Source: Candidatus Omnitrophota bacterium
Lineage (GTDB): Bacteria; Omnitrophota; Gorgyraeia; Gygaellales; Profunditerraquicolaceae
DNA: 64,000 nt
Reading direction: 5' to 3'
Assembly: GCA_018825985.1 (NCBI GenBank)
Contig: JAHKAP010000052.1
Span: 6,373-70,372, forward strand
A model generated the notes under the pieces. It did not search any database and had not been told where the DNA came from. It was given only the letters and a program-made list of their open reading frames with translations. Positions 30,183-38,927 of the stretch are shown in pieces; position 1 is the stretch's first letter, and every line of letters begins with the position of its first letter. The position numbers were made by a program, and so were the translations under genes.

Positions 30183-32372
30183 ATGGGACTAAGACAAAAA
30201 ACATTGTTCAGAATAAAAAATGTGGAGTTGAAAAAGATCGACCATCCTAAAAAAGTATCTTCTTATTTCGGGGAAAACACCTTTAGTTTAGAGACCATGC
30301 AAAAGCATATCTCTAAAACGACATTTGAGGCTTTTAAAGCCTGGATGTCAGAAGGTAAAACTATTAATATTAAACAAGCTGATGAGATTGCCGCAGCGAT
30401 GAAGGATTGGGCAATCTCCAAAGGCGCGACTTATTATACCCATTGGTTTCAGCCGATGACCGGGCTTACCGCTGAAAAGCACGATAGTTTTATTTCAATG
30501 GCTGGTCCGGGAAAGGTCATCGAAAAATTCTCCGGGAATAAATTGATCCAGGGTGAGCCTGATGCCTCGAGTTTTCCTTCGGGAGGGATCAGGGCCACAT
30601 TTGAAGCCAGGGGTTATACTGCCTGGGATCCTTCCAGCCCGGCTTTTATCATTGAGAGCGCGTTAGGTAAGACTTTATGTATACCTACTATTTTTATTTC
30701 TTACCATGGCGAGGCACTGGATAAAAAGCTTCCCTTGTTACGTTCTGATGAGGCCTTAAATAAAGCGGCAACAGGCTTATTAAAAATTTTTGGGCGTAAA
30801 GACGCGCAAAAAGTCTTTTCTACCTGTGGACCGGAACAAGAGTATTTTTTAATCGACCGGAATTATTATAACCTCAGGCAGGATCTGTTATTGACTGGAC
30901 GGACTTTAGTTGGGGCTGCTTCTCCTAAGGGTCAGCAGTTAGAAGACCAGTATTTCGGGACGATCAAGGAACGGGTAGTTAACTTTATGTTTGAGGTAGC
31001 CGAAGAAGCCTATAAGTTGGGTATTCCGGTGATGACCAGACATAATGAAGTTGCTCCGCATCAATATGAATTCGCTCCTATATTTGAGGAGTCAAATTTA
31101 GCTGCGGATCATAACCAGCTTTTAATGGAATTGATGAAAAAGGTGGCGTTAAGGCATAACCTGGTCTGTCTTTTACATGAAAAGCCTTTTGCCGGCATTA
31201 ATGGAAGCGGTAAACATCTGAATTGGTCTTTGGCGGATAACAACGGGAATAACCTGCTTAATCCCGGAGAGACCCCAGAAGATAATCTTCAGTTTTTAGC
31301 AGTATTAGCCGCAGTATTAAGGGCGGTATATCTGCATGGCGATTTATTAAGGGCTAGCGTTGCCTTGGCCGGGAATGAACACCGTTTAGGCGCTAATGAA
31401 GCGCCGCCTGCGATTATCAGTGTTTTCTTAGGGGAACAGTTAACTTCAATTTTGGATATGATTGAAAAAGGGGCAAAATCCAAAGTCTCTAAGCGCGATA
31501 TTATTGATTTAGGGATAGCCCGCCTGCCGAAATTCAATAAAGATTCTACTGACCGCAACCGCACTTCTCCGTTTGCCTTTACCGGAGCCAAGTTTGAGTT
31601 CAGGGCTGTAGGCTCATCTCAGAATATTGCAACCGCGATCGCAATGATCAATACTATCATTGCTGAAAGCCTGGATTATGTCGCTGATAAGGTCAATAAG
31701 GCCAAAGGAAGCGATTTCAGCACTAAAGTAATGCAGGTGATCGCTCAAATCGTAAAGGAGACTAAGGACATCCGTTTTGAAGGCAATAACTACGCTGAGG
31801 AATGGATAAAAGAAGCTAAAAAAAGAGGCCTGCCTAATGTCGCTTCCACAATAGACGCGCTTAAGGCCTTGACCGAAAAGAAGAATATAAATCTTTTTGA
31901 AAGATACAAGGTTTTCTCTAAGGAAGAATTAATCGCCCGGCACCATATCTGGGTTCATATGTATAACCTTACTCTTGAGATCGAAGCTAATACTTTGAAT
32001 GAAATGGTCAATGCCAGTATTGTCCCGGCAGGCTATGAATACGAAAAACTCCTGGCTGGTAACTTGAAAAAAATAGTTGAACTTTTAAAAGAAGCGAAAC
32101 TTAAGCTGGACCCGGCCGTAATCAGTGATCAGAAAGAACATTTAAGCGATGTGGTCAGTAAGATCTATTATGTCCGGCGCAATACCAAGGAATTGGTGAA
32201 GCTTCTGGAAAAAGCCAGGGGTTTGGATAATGACTTGAGGGCGAATCTGTATTTTAAAGAGCTTAAACCTTTGATGGAGCATATCCGTAGGCATGTTGAT
32301 GCTTTGGAATGCGTTGTCCCGGATGAGCTTTGGGAGTTACCGAAATACCGGGAGATGCTTTTTATTAAATAA
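30183..32372 (+). CDS. glnN: Glutamine synthetase type III
   Basis: HWFQP.TG.TAEKHDSF, GEPDASSFPSGG.R.TFEARGY, HEKPFAGINGSGKH and DRNRTSPFAF motifs. Confidence 0.96.
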   Translation: MGLRQKTLFRIKNVELKKIDHPKKVSSYFGENTFSLETMQKHISKTTFEAFKAWMSEGKTINIKQADEIAAAMKDWAISKGATYYTHWFQPMTGLTAEKHDSFISMAGPGKVIEKFSGNKLIQGEPDASSFPSGGIRATFEARGYTAWDPSSPAFIIESALGKTLCIPTIFISYHGEALDKKLPLLRSDEALNKAATGLLKIFGRKDAQKVFSTCGPEQEYFLIDRNYYNLRQDLLLTGRTLVGAASPKGQQLEDQYFGTIKERVVNFMFEVAEEAYKLGIPVMTRHNEVAPHQYEFAPIFEESNLAADHNQLLMELMKKVALRHNLVCLLHEKPFAGINGSGKHLNWSLADNNGNNLLNPGETPEDNLQFLAVLAAVLRAVYLHGDLLRASVALAGNEHRLGANEAPPAIISVFLGEQLTSILDMIEKGAKSKVSKRDIIDLGIARLPKFNKDSTDRNRTSPFAFTGAKFEFRAVGSSQNIATAIAMINTIIAESLDYVADKVNKAKGSDFSTKVMQVIAQIVKETKDIRFEGNNYAEEWIKEAKKRGLPNVASTIDALKALTEKKNINLFERYKVFSKEELIARHHIWVHMYNLTLEIEANTLNEMVNASIVPAGYEYEKLLAGNLKKIVELLKEAKLKLDPAVISDQKEHLSDVVSKIYYVRRNTKELVKLLEKARGLDNDLRANLYFKELKPLMEHIRRHVDALECVVPDELWELPKYREMLFIK

Positions 32373-32377
32373 AAAAA

Positions 32378-32408
32378 GGTTACCAGGCGGCTACAATCTT
32401 TACTTGTA
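32378..32408 (+). promoter_or_regulatory. Putative alternative-sigma promoter, copy 3 (HTH-gltBD)
   Basis: GGTTACC-N14-TTTACTTGTA. Confidence 0.75.
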
Positions 32409-32423
32409 TATATAGGTAAAGAC

Positions 32424-32510
32424 TGCACGTTGTAGTGCATCAGTAGCCGACTAATTTAAAGAACGCAGGCGTTCATCTTCGTTTGGTAACGGGGTGAGCG
32501 CCTTTTTTAT
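32424..32510 (+). promoter_or_regulatory. ANTAR-type dual hairpin/terminator leader of HTH-gltBD
   Basis: TGCAC-GTTGTA-GTGCA; GAAC-GCAGGC-GTTC inside a 16-17 bp terminator stem + T tract; AAAGAACGCAGGCGTTC identical to 26699-26715. Confidence 0.75.
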
Positions 32511-32541
32511 TGTTCTTGACTGATTAAATATTAGGCAGGAT

Positions 32542-32919
32542 ATGATCACAATATTGATCACTGAAGACGAATTAAAAGCCAAGGATGCCTTGGCTAAGGC
32601 GCTCTCTCAGGAAGGGTATGCCTTATCCGAAGGTTTTAATGATTCGAATATGATCCGGATAGTAAAAAAAGATTGTATCCGGGATTTGGCTTTTATCAAA
32701 GATAAAGTGATCGAGCTGGAAGACGCTTTAGTCAATGAAAAGAAAGGGTTTTTGTATAAGTCTGTGTTGGAGGCTATTGAAAAACCACTTATTGAACATA
32801 TCCTGGAGCGCACCGAGGGAAATCAGTTAAAGGCAGCCAGGATTCTGGGGATTAACCGTAATACTATGCGCTCTAAAATTAAAAAACTGGGGATTAGCGC
32901 GGCAAAATGGAAGGTTTGA
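32542..32919 (+). CDS. Fis/NtrC-type HTH protein with truncated receiver-like N-terminus
   Basis: IEKPLI...TEGNQLKAARILGINRNTMRSKIKKLG; N-terminal ILITEDE...LSQEGY; no AAA+ domain. Confidence 0.85.
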   Translation: MITILITEDELKAKDALAKALSQEGYALSEGFNDSNMIRIVKKDCIRDLAFIKDKVIELEDALVNEKKGFLYKSVLEAIEKPLIEHILERTEGNQLKAARILGINRNTMRSKIKKLGISAAKWKV

Positions 32920-35900
32920 TGGAAAAACAAGGGCTTTATGATCCTAAGTTTGAACATGATTCCTGCGGCACCGGGTTTGTTTGCCAGGTCAAGGGAGAGA
33001 GGTCTTTTTCAATTATCCAGCAGGGCCTGGAGGTATTAAGGAGATTGTCTCATCGCGGGGCAACCGGAGCAGACCCCAAAACCGGAGATGGCGCAGGAGT
33101 GCTGATCCAGATGCCGCATGATTTCCTGGTAGATGAATGTTTGAAGTTAGGGATAAATCTTCCCCGCATAGGAGATTATGCCTGCGGTTTAGTTTTTCTG
33201 CCGGTGGAAAAGTTAGAGCGTCAATATTGCAAAGATGCCTTTGCCGAGATAGTCGAGCATGAAGGACAACTTCTTTTAGGCTGGAGAAAAGTTCCGGTAA
33301 ATGATTCAGATATAGGGCATACCGCCAAAAAGACCCAGCCAATGATTGAACAGGTTTTTATCCAAAAAGGCCGGGGTATTTTTAAGGATAACCTCGCCTT
33401 TGAGAGAAAGCTTTATATCATTAGGAAGAGAGTTGAAAATATAATCCGCAGGAAGGGTTTAAGCAAAGATTCATTATTTTATATCACTAATCTTTCTTCT
33501 CGGACATTGTCTTATAAGGGCCTGTTGATGCCCACCCAGGTAAAGGATTATTTTCCCGACCTTAAGAACCCGCTTTTAAAAAGCGCGATCTGTTTAGTCC
33601 ATTCCCGGTATTCCACTAATACTTTTCCTACCTGGGACCTGGCTCAGCCGTTTAGATATTTGGCTCATAACGGAGAGATAAATACTCTGCGGGGGAATAT
33701 TAATTGGATGCAAGCCAGGGAAGGTTTATTGGAAAGCGAGTTATTTGGCTCGGATATAGAAAAACTTAAACCGGTGATCGTTCCCGGCGGAAGCGATTCA
33801 GCCACATTAGACAATGTTTTTGAATTACTTTTCTTAGGAGGCAGGCCTTTAGCCCAGGTAATGATGATGCTTATTCCTTCGGCTTGGGAGCAATCCAAGT
33901 CAATGGATGAGAAATTGCGCAGTTTCTATAAATACCACGCTTGTCTTATGGAGCCCTGGGATGGGCCGGCAGCTATTGTTTTTACTGACGGTATCCGGGT
34001 AGGGGCAGTGTTGGACAGGAATGGCCTGAGGCCCTGCCGTTACATTACTACCCGGGATAACCGGGTAATCATGGCTTCTGAAGTCGGGATTTTAGATATA
34101 CCTCCCCATGATATTCTTTCTTCAGGGAGGATCGAGCCGGGAAAGATATTTTTTATCAATACTGAGGTAGGCAGGATTATTGAAGACCGGGAGCTAAAGG
34201 AGATAACCGCCGGCAAACATCCCTACCGCAGCTGGGTTTTAGAAAACATGCGTAATCTCGAAGACCTGGCTGAAAAAGAAATAGATTCCAAACGGTTGGA
34301 TATTCTCCCACAGTTAAAAGCCTTCGGCTATACCCGAGAGGACATTAAAACCATTATCAAACCGATGATGGAAACGGCTCAAGAGCCGGTGGGTTCAATG
34401 GGAAATGATACTCCTTTAGCTGTTCTTTCCCAAAAACCCCAGATGCTTTACAGTTATTTCAAACAACTCTTTGCTCAGGTAACTAATCCGGCGATCGATC
34501 CTATACGCGAAGAACTGGTAATGTCTTTGTCGACTTATTTAGGCCCGGAAAAGAATATCCTGGAAGAATCTCCGGCAAATTGCCACAAGATATTTATAAA
34601 AGAACCGGTAATTACTAATGAATCCCTGGAAAAGATCCGCAATATCGATTTAAATTCCTTTAAGACTAAGACCGTATCTCTTTTATTCGAAGCATCCGCG
34701 CCTGATAATTTTCTAAAAACCTTAGATAGGATATGCCAGGACGCGTTATCCGCTATAAGGCAGGGTTATACTTTCATAATATTAAGCGACCGGGGGGTAG
34801 ATAAAAAACACGCGGCGATTCCTGCACTTCTAGCCATAGGCGCGGTGCATCATTTTCTGGTGAGAAAATCCCTGCGCACCCGTATCGGCATCGTAGTTGA
34901 AAGCGCTGAGCCTAGGGAAGTGCATCATTTTGCCCTTTTATTCGGATACGGAGCGGATTGCGTTAATCCTTATCTGGCCTTCGAAGCGGTAAAATCAATA
35001 CTTAAAGAAGAATCCGGCAGCCTTAATGATGAAGAATATTTACATAAATATATTAAGGCGGTTAATAAGGGGATTTTAAAGATCCTCTCTAAAATGGGGA
35101 TATCTACTCTACAAAGTTACCGGGGGGCCCAGATATTTGAGGCTCTGGGTTTAGGAAAAGAAGTGATCGAGCAATGTTTTAGCGGGACGGTATCAAGGAT
35201 AGGAGGTATAGGCTTTGATATTATAGTTCAGGAGACCTTGTTAAGGCACGCCCAAGCTTTTGTAAAAGGCCAGCCAGAAACTCCGTATTTATCCTCGGGG
35301 GGGATGTATCAATGGAGAAAAGACGGTGAATTCCACCTTTGGAATCCGGAAACCATCGCTGCTTTGCAAGACGCAGTGCGAACCGGGAATTACCAGAAAT
35401 ATAAAGAATTCAGTAAATTAATAAATGACCAATCTTTAAATCCTACTACCTTGCGTAGCCTCTTGAAATTCAAGGATGGAACTGCCGTAATTGATTTGAA
35501 AGAAGTTGAGCCGCAGGAATTTATTATTAAGCGTTTTGCCACCGGGGCAATGAGTTTCGGCTCGATAAGCGGCGCGGCTCATCGCACCATTGCCCTGGCT
35601 ATGAACCGCCTGGGAGCAAAGTCAAATACCGGAGAAGGGGGAGAAGACCCGGTTCGTTTTATGCCTTTGCCAAACGGTGATAGTTTCCGCAGCGCGATCA
35701 AACAAGTCGCCTCCGGCAGGTTTGGGGTAACTACAAATTATTTGGTTAATGCCGATGAGTTGCAGATCAAGATCTGCCAGGGAGCTAAACCCGGTGAAGG
35801 AGGGCAATTACCCGGGCATAAGGTCAGTTTGATCATTGCCAAGACCCGCTATACTACTCCGGGAGTGACTCTGATCTCTCCTCCTCCGCATCATGATATT

Positions 35901-37433
35901 TATTCTATTGAAGATTTAGCCCAGCTTATATTTGATCTAAAGAATGTTAATCCTAAAGCCAGGATAAGCGTTAAGTTAGTTTCCGAGATTGGCGTAGGTA
36001 CTGTTGCTGCCGGAGTAGCTAAAGGGCATGCGGATATGATCCTGATATCCGGCGGGGACGGTGGAACTGGAGCCTCGCCAATAAGCTCGATCAAACACGC
36101 CGGCCTGCCCTGGGAACTGGGTTTATCCGAGGCCCACCAGACCCTGGTATTAAATGATTTAAGGAGCAGGGTAAGGTTGCAAACCGACGGTCAACTGCGC
36201 ACCGGAAGGGATATCGCTATAGCAGCTTTATTAGGTGCGGAAGAATACGGCTTTGCCACCAGCGTATTGGTTACATTAGGATGCGTTATGTTAAGACATT
36301 GTAATTTAAATAATTGCTCTTTAGGTATAGCTACCCAGGACGAGTTATTAGAGAAAAAATTCTTAGGCCAGGCAGACTATGTGATTAATTATTTTCGTTT
36401 TGTGGTTACCGAGCTTAGAGAGATCATGGCCCATCTTGGCATAAAGACTATTGACGAGATGATCGGCCGCACCGATTTATTGGAGCTCAATAAAAATATA
36501 TTACCCTGGAAAGCTAAGGAATTAGATTTCTCTCGGATACTTTATAAGCCTGATCTCTTTGCGCAAGTCGGCAGGTATAAGATTATTTCTCAGGAGCACG
36601 GCATTGATAAAGTTTTAGATTTAAAATTAATTGAAGCGGTAAAATCAGGATTAGGTAAGGATAATCAGATTAAGCTGGAATTACCGATAAAAAACTCCGA
36701 TCGGGCTGTAGGGGCGATGTTAAGCGGTTATGTGGCTAAAAACTTCGGCGAGGCCGGCCTGGTTGAAAAATCCATTCATTGTAATTTTAAAGGTTATGCC
36801 GGACAGAGTTTCGGCGCTTTTCTTGTTCCCGGGATAACCTTTGAGCTTGAAGGTATGGCTAATGATTATGTTGGTAAAGGTATATCCGGAGGCCGGATCA
36901 TAATCTATCCGGATAAAGAGGTAACTTACAGCGCCCGGGAGAATATCATTATTGGCAATACCGCATTTTACGGAAGCGTAAACGGTGAGGCCTATATCCG
37001 CGGCCGCTCAGGAGAAAGATTTGCGATCCGCAATTCCGGGCTCTATGCGGTTGTGGAAGGCGTGGGAGACCATGGTTGCGAGTATATGACCGGAGGAAGG
37101 GTTGTGGTTTTAGGAAGGACCGGCAAGAATTTTGCCGCTGGTATGGCCGGAGGCATTGCCTATGTATATAACCGGGAAGGAAATTTTAAATACCGTTGTA
37201 ACTATGATATGGTGGGTTTAGAAAAACTTAATCCGGACGACATAGAAACGGTTAAAAAATTAATTCTTAATCATTACAAATATACCCAGAGTTTACTGGC
37301 CAAGAGAATAATGGACAATTTTTCTTCCGAGATACGGGATTTTGTCAAGGTTATACCTTTTGAGTATAAGCGTATCTTAGAAGAAAAGAAACCGGCTAAA
37401 AATAATAATTTAGACGAAGTATCAGATGGGTAA
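32919..37433 (+). CDS. gltB: Glutamate synthase large subunit (start probably ATG 32919)
   Basis: EHDSCG, HRGA, AHNGEINT, QGAKPGEGGQLP and CEYMTGG motifs. Confidence 0.97.
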   Translation: MEKQGLYDPKFEHDSCGTGFVCQVKGERSFSIIQQGLEVLRRLSHRGATGADPKTGDGAGVLIQMPHDFLVDECLKLGINLPRIGDYACGLVFLPVEKLERQYCKDAFAEIVEHEGQLLLGWRKVPVNDSDIGHTAKKTQPMIEQVFIQKGRGIFKDNLAFERKLYIIRKRVENIIRRKGLSKDSLFYITNLSSRTLSYKGLLMPTQVKDYFPDLKNPLLKSAICLVHSRYSTNTFPTWDLAQPFRYLAHNGEINTLRGNINWMQAREGLLESELFGSDIEKLKPVIVPGGSDSATLDNVFELLFLGGRPLAQVMMMLIPSAWEQSKSMDEKLRSFYKYHACLMEPWDGPAAIVFTDGIRVGAVLDRNGLRPCRYITTRDNRVIMASEVGILDIPPHDILSSGRIEPGKIFFINTEVGRIIEDRELKEITAGKHPYRSWVLENMRNLEDLAEKEIDSKRLDILPQLKAFGYTREDIKTIIKPMMETAQEPVGSMGNDTPLAVLSQKPQMLYSYFKQLFAQVTNPAIDPIREELVMSLSTYLGPEKNILEESPANCHKIFIKEPVITNESLEKIRNIDLNSFKTKTVSLLFEASAPDNFLKTLDRICQDALSAIRQGYTFIILSDRGVDKKHAAIPALLAIGAVHHFLVRKSLRTRIGIVVESAEPREVHHFALLFGYGADCVNPYLAFEAVKSILKEESGSLNDEEYLHKYIKAVNKGILKILSKMGISTLQSYRGAQIFEALGLGKEVIEQCFSGTVSRIGGIGFDIIVQETLLRHAQAFVKGQPETPYLSSGGMYQWRKDGEFHLWNPETIAALQDAVRTGNYQKYKEFSKLINDQSLNPTTLRSLLKFKDGTAVIDLKEVEPQEFIIKRFATGAMSFGSISGAAHRTIALAMNRLGAKSNTGEGGEDPVRFMPLPNGDSFRSAIKQVASGRFGVTTNYLVNADELQIKICQGAKPGEGGQLPGHKVSLIIAKTRYTTPGVTLISPPPHHDIYSIEDLAQLIFDLKNVNPKARISVKLVSEIGVGTVAAGVAKGHADMILISGGDGGTGASPISSIKHAGLPWELGLSEAHQTLVLNDLRSRVRLQTDGQLRTGRDIAIAALLGAEEYGFATSVLVTLGCVMLRHCNLNNCSLGIATQDELLEKKFLGQADYVINYFRFVVTELREIMAHLGIKTIDEMIGRTDLLELNKNILPWKAKELDFSRILYKPDLFAQVGRYKIISQEHGIDKVLDLKLIEAVKSGLGKDNQIKLELPIKNSDRAVGAMLSGYVAKNFGEAGLVEKSIHCNFKGYAGQSFGAFLVPGITFELEGMANDYVGKGISGGRIIIYPDKEVTYSARENIIIGNTAFYGSVNGEAYIRGRSGERFAIRNSGLYAVVEGVGDHGCEYMTGGRVVVLGRTGKNFAAGMAGGIAYVYNREGNFKYRCNYDMVGLEKLNPDDIETVKKLILNHYKYTQSLLAKRIMDNFSSEIRDFVKVIPFEYKRILEEKKPAKNNNLDEVSDG

Positions 37434-37445
37434 AGCGGAGTTATT

Positions 37446-38891
37446 ATGGGTGATCCTAAAGGTTTCTTAAAGGTTAAAAGAGAGCATCCGGCATACCGTC
37501 CGGTATGCGAACGGGTCCGGGATTATAAGCAGGTATCTGCTTTAAGGAGCGACTCCAAATCTATGGAACAGGCCTCGCGTTGCATGGACTGCGGCACTCC
37601 CTTCTGCCATTGGGCCTGTCCGATAGGTAATTACATACCGGAATGGAATGATCTGGTATTTCATAACCGTTGGGAAGAAGCGATAAGTCTGCTCATGGCG
37701 ACAAATAATCTTCCGGAAGTTACCGGCAGGGTCTGCCCGGCGCTGTGCGAATACTCCTGTGTTTTAGGTATTAATGATGATCCGGTCACTATAAGAGAGA
37801 ATGAATTTTCGGTTATCGAGCATGCTTTTAAGGAAGGAATAATCATTCCTATCCTGCCTAAGAATAGGACCGGTAAAACTGTAGCGATAGTAGGTTCAGG
37901 GCCGTCAGGCCTGGCTTGCGCTGATCAATTGAATCAAGCCGGGCATAGGGTGATAGTTTTTGAAAAGGATGATTCAATAGGTGGGATATTGCGCTTTGGC
38001 ATACCGGATTTTAAATTAGAGAAAAAGGTAATCGATCGCAGGTTGAATATTTTAAAGGCTGAAGGAATAGAGTTTCGGACTAAAATAAATGTAGGCCTTG
38101 ATTATCCGGCTAAAAAATTATTAGAAGATTTTGACGCAGTCTGCCTGGCCGGCGGAAGCAGGGTTGCCCGGGATTTGAAGATTCCTGGGCGGGATTTAAA
38201 AGGTATTTATTTTGCCATGGATTATTTAACCCAGTCAAACCGCAGGGGCAGAGGAGAGAATATTCCCGACAATCTCCTTATAGACGCCAATAATAAATCA
38301 GTAGTAGTGATCGGCGGCGGTGATACCGGTTCGGATTGCGTGGGTACTGCTAATCGCCAGCAGGCTAAATGTGTAGTCCAGATAGAAGTATTACCTAAGC
38401 CTTCCGAGTGCCGGACTCCCGACCACGCTTGGCCTAAATACCCGGTTATTTTAAAAACTTCAACCAGCCATGAAGAAGGAGGGCTTAGGCATTGGGCGGT
38501 TTTGTCTAAAGAATTTATTGGAGATAATGGCAAGGTGAGTAGAATTTCTTGTGTAAACGCGGACTTCTCTGAAAAAGATAGCCAGGGATGCGGGATCATG
38601 AAAGAAGTGGCTGGTTCGGGTTTTGAGGTTCCGGCGGATTTAGTTATTATTGCGGCAGGTTTTCTGCACCCTGAGCATAACGGGTTGATCAAGGATTTGA
38701 ATCTGGACATGGATAACCGGGGAAATGTTTTAACCGGCCAAGATTATGCTACTTTAGTAAAAAAAGTTTTTGCAGCCGGAGATATACGCCGGGGCCAGTC
38801 TTTAGTAGTCTGGGCTATTTCTGAAGGCAGACAGGCAGCGTTTAACATTGATAAATATCTTATGGGTTATACCAACCTGCCTATGCTCTAA
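37446..38891 (+). CDS. gltD: Glutamate synthase small subunit
   Basis: [26 protein letters not shown] and [11 protein letters not shown] motifs. Confidence 0.96.
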   Translation: MGDPKGFLKVKREHPAYRPVCERVRDYKQVSALRSDSKSMEQASRCMDCGTPFCHWACPIGNYIPEWNDLVFHNRWEEAISLLMATNNLPEVTGRVCPALCEYSCVLGINDDPVTIRENEFSVIEHAFKEGIIIPILPKNRTGKTVAIVGSGPSGLACADQLNQAGHRVIVFEKDDSIGGILRFGIPDFKLEKKVIDRRLNILKAEGIEFRTKINVGLDYPAKKLLEDFDAVCLAGGSRVARDLKIPGRDLKGIYFAMDYLTQSNRRGRGENIPDNLLIDANNKSVVVIGGGDTGSDCVGTANRQQAKCVVQIEVLPKPSECRTPDHAWPKYPVILKTSTSHEEGGLRHWAVLSKEFIGDNGKVSRISCVNADFSEKDSQGCGIMKEVAGSGFEVPADLVIIAAGFLHPEHNGLIKDLNLDMDNRGNVLTGQDYATLVKKVFAAGDIRRGQSLVVWAISEGRQAAFNIDKYLMGYTNLPML

Positions 38892-38927
38892 ACCAGTTCC
38901 ACCTTTGCAGGTGGATAGGGGGGTTTT

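Noticed and set aside
32424-32439. TGCAC-N6-GTGCA as an enteric NtrC box
   Set aside because: The spacing is one base short of TGCAC-N7-GTGCA, and it lies downstream of the predicted TSS; better read as the first RNA hairpin (loop G4)
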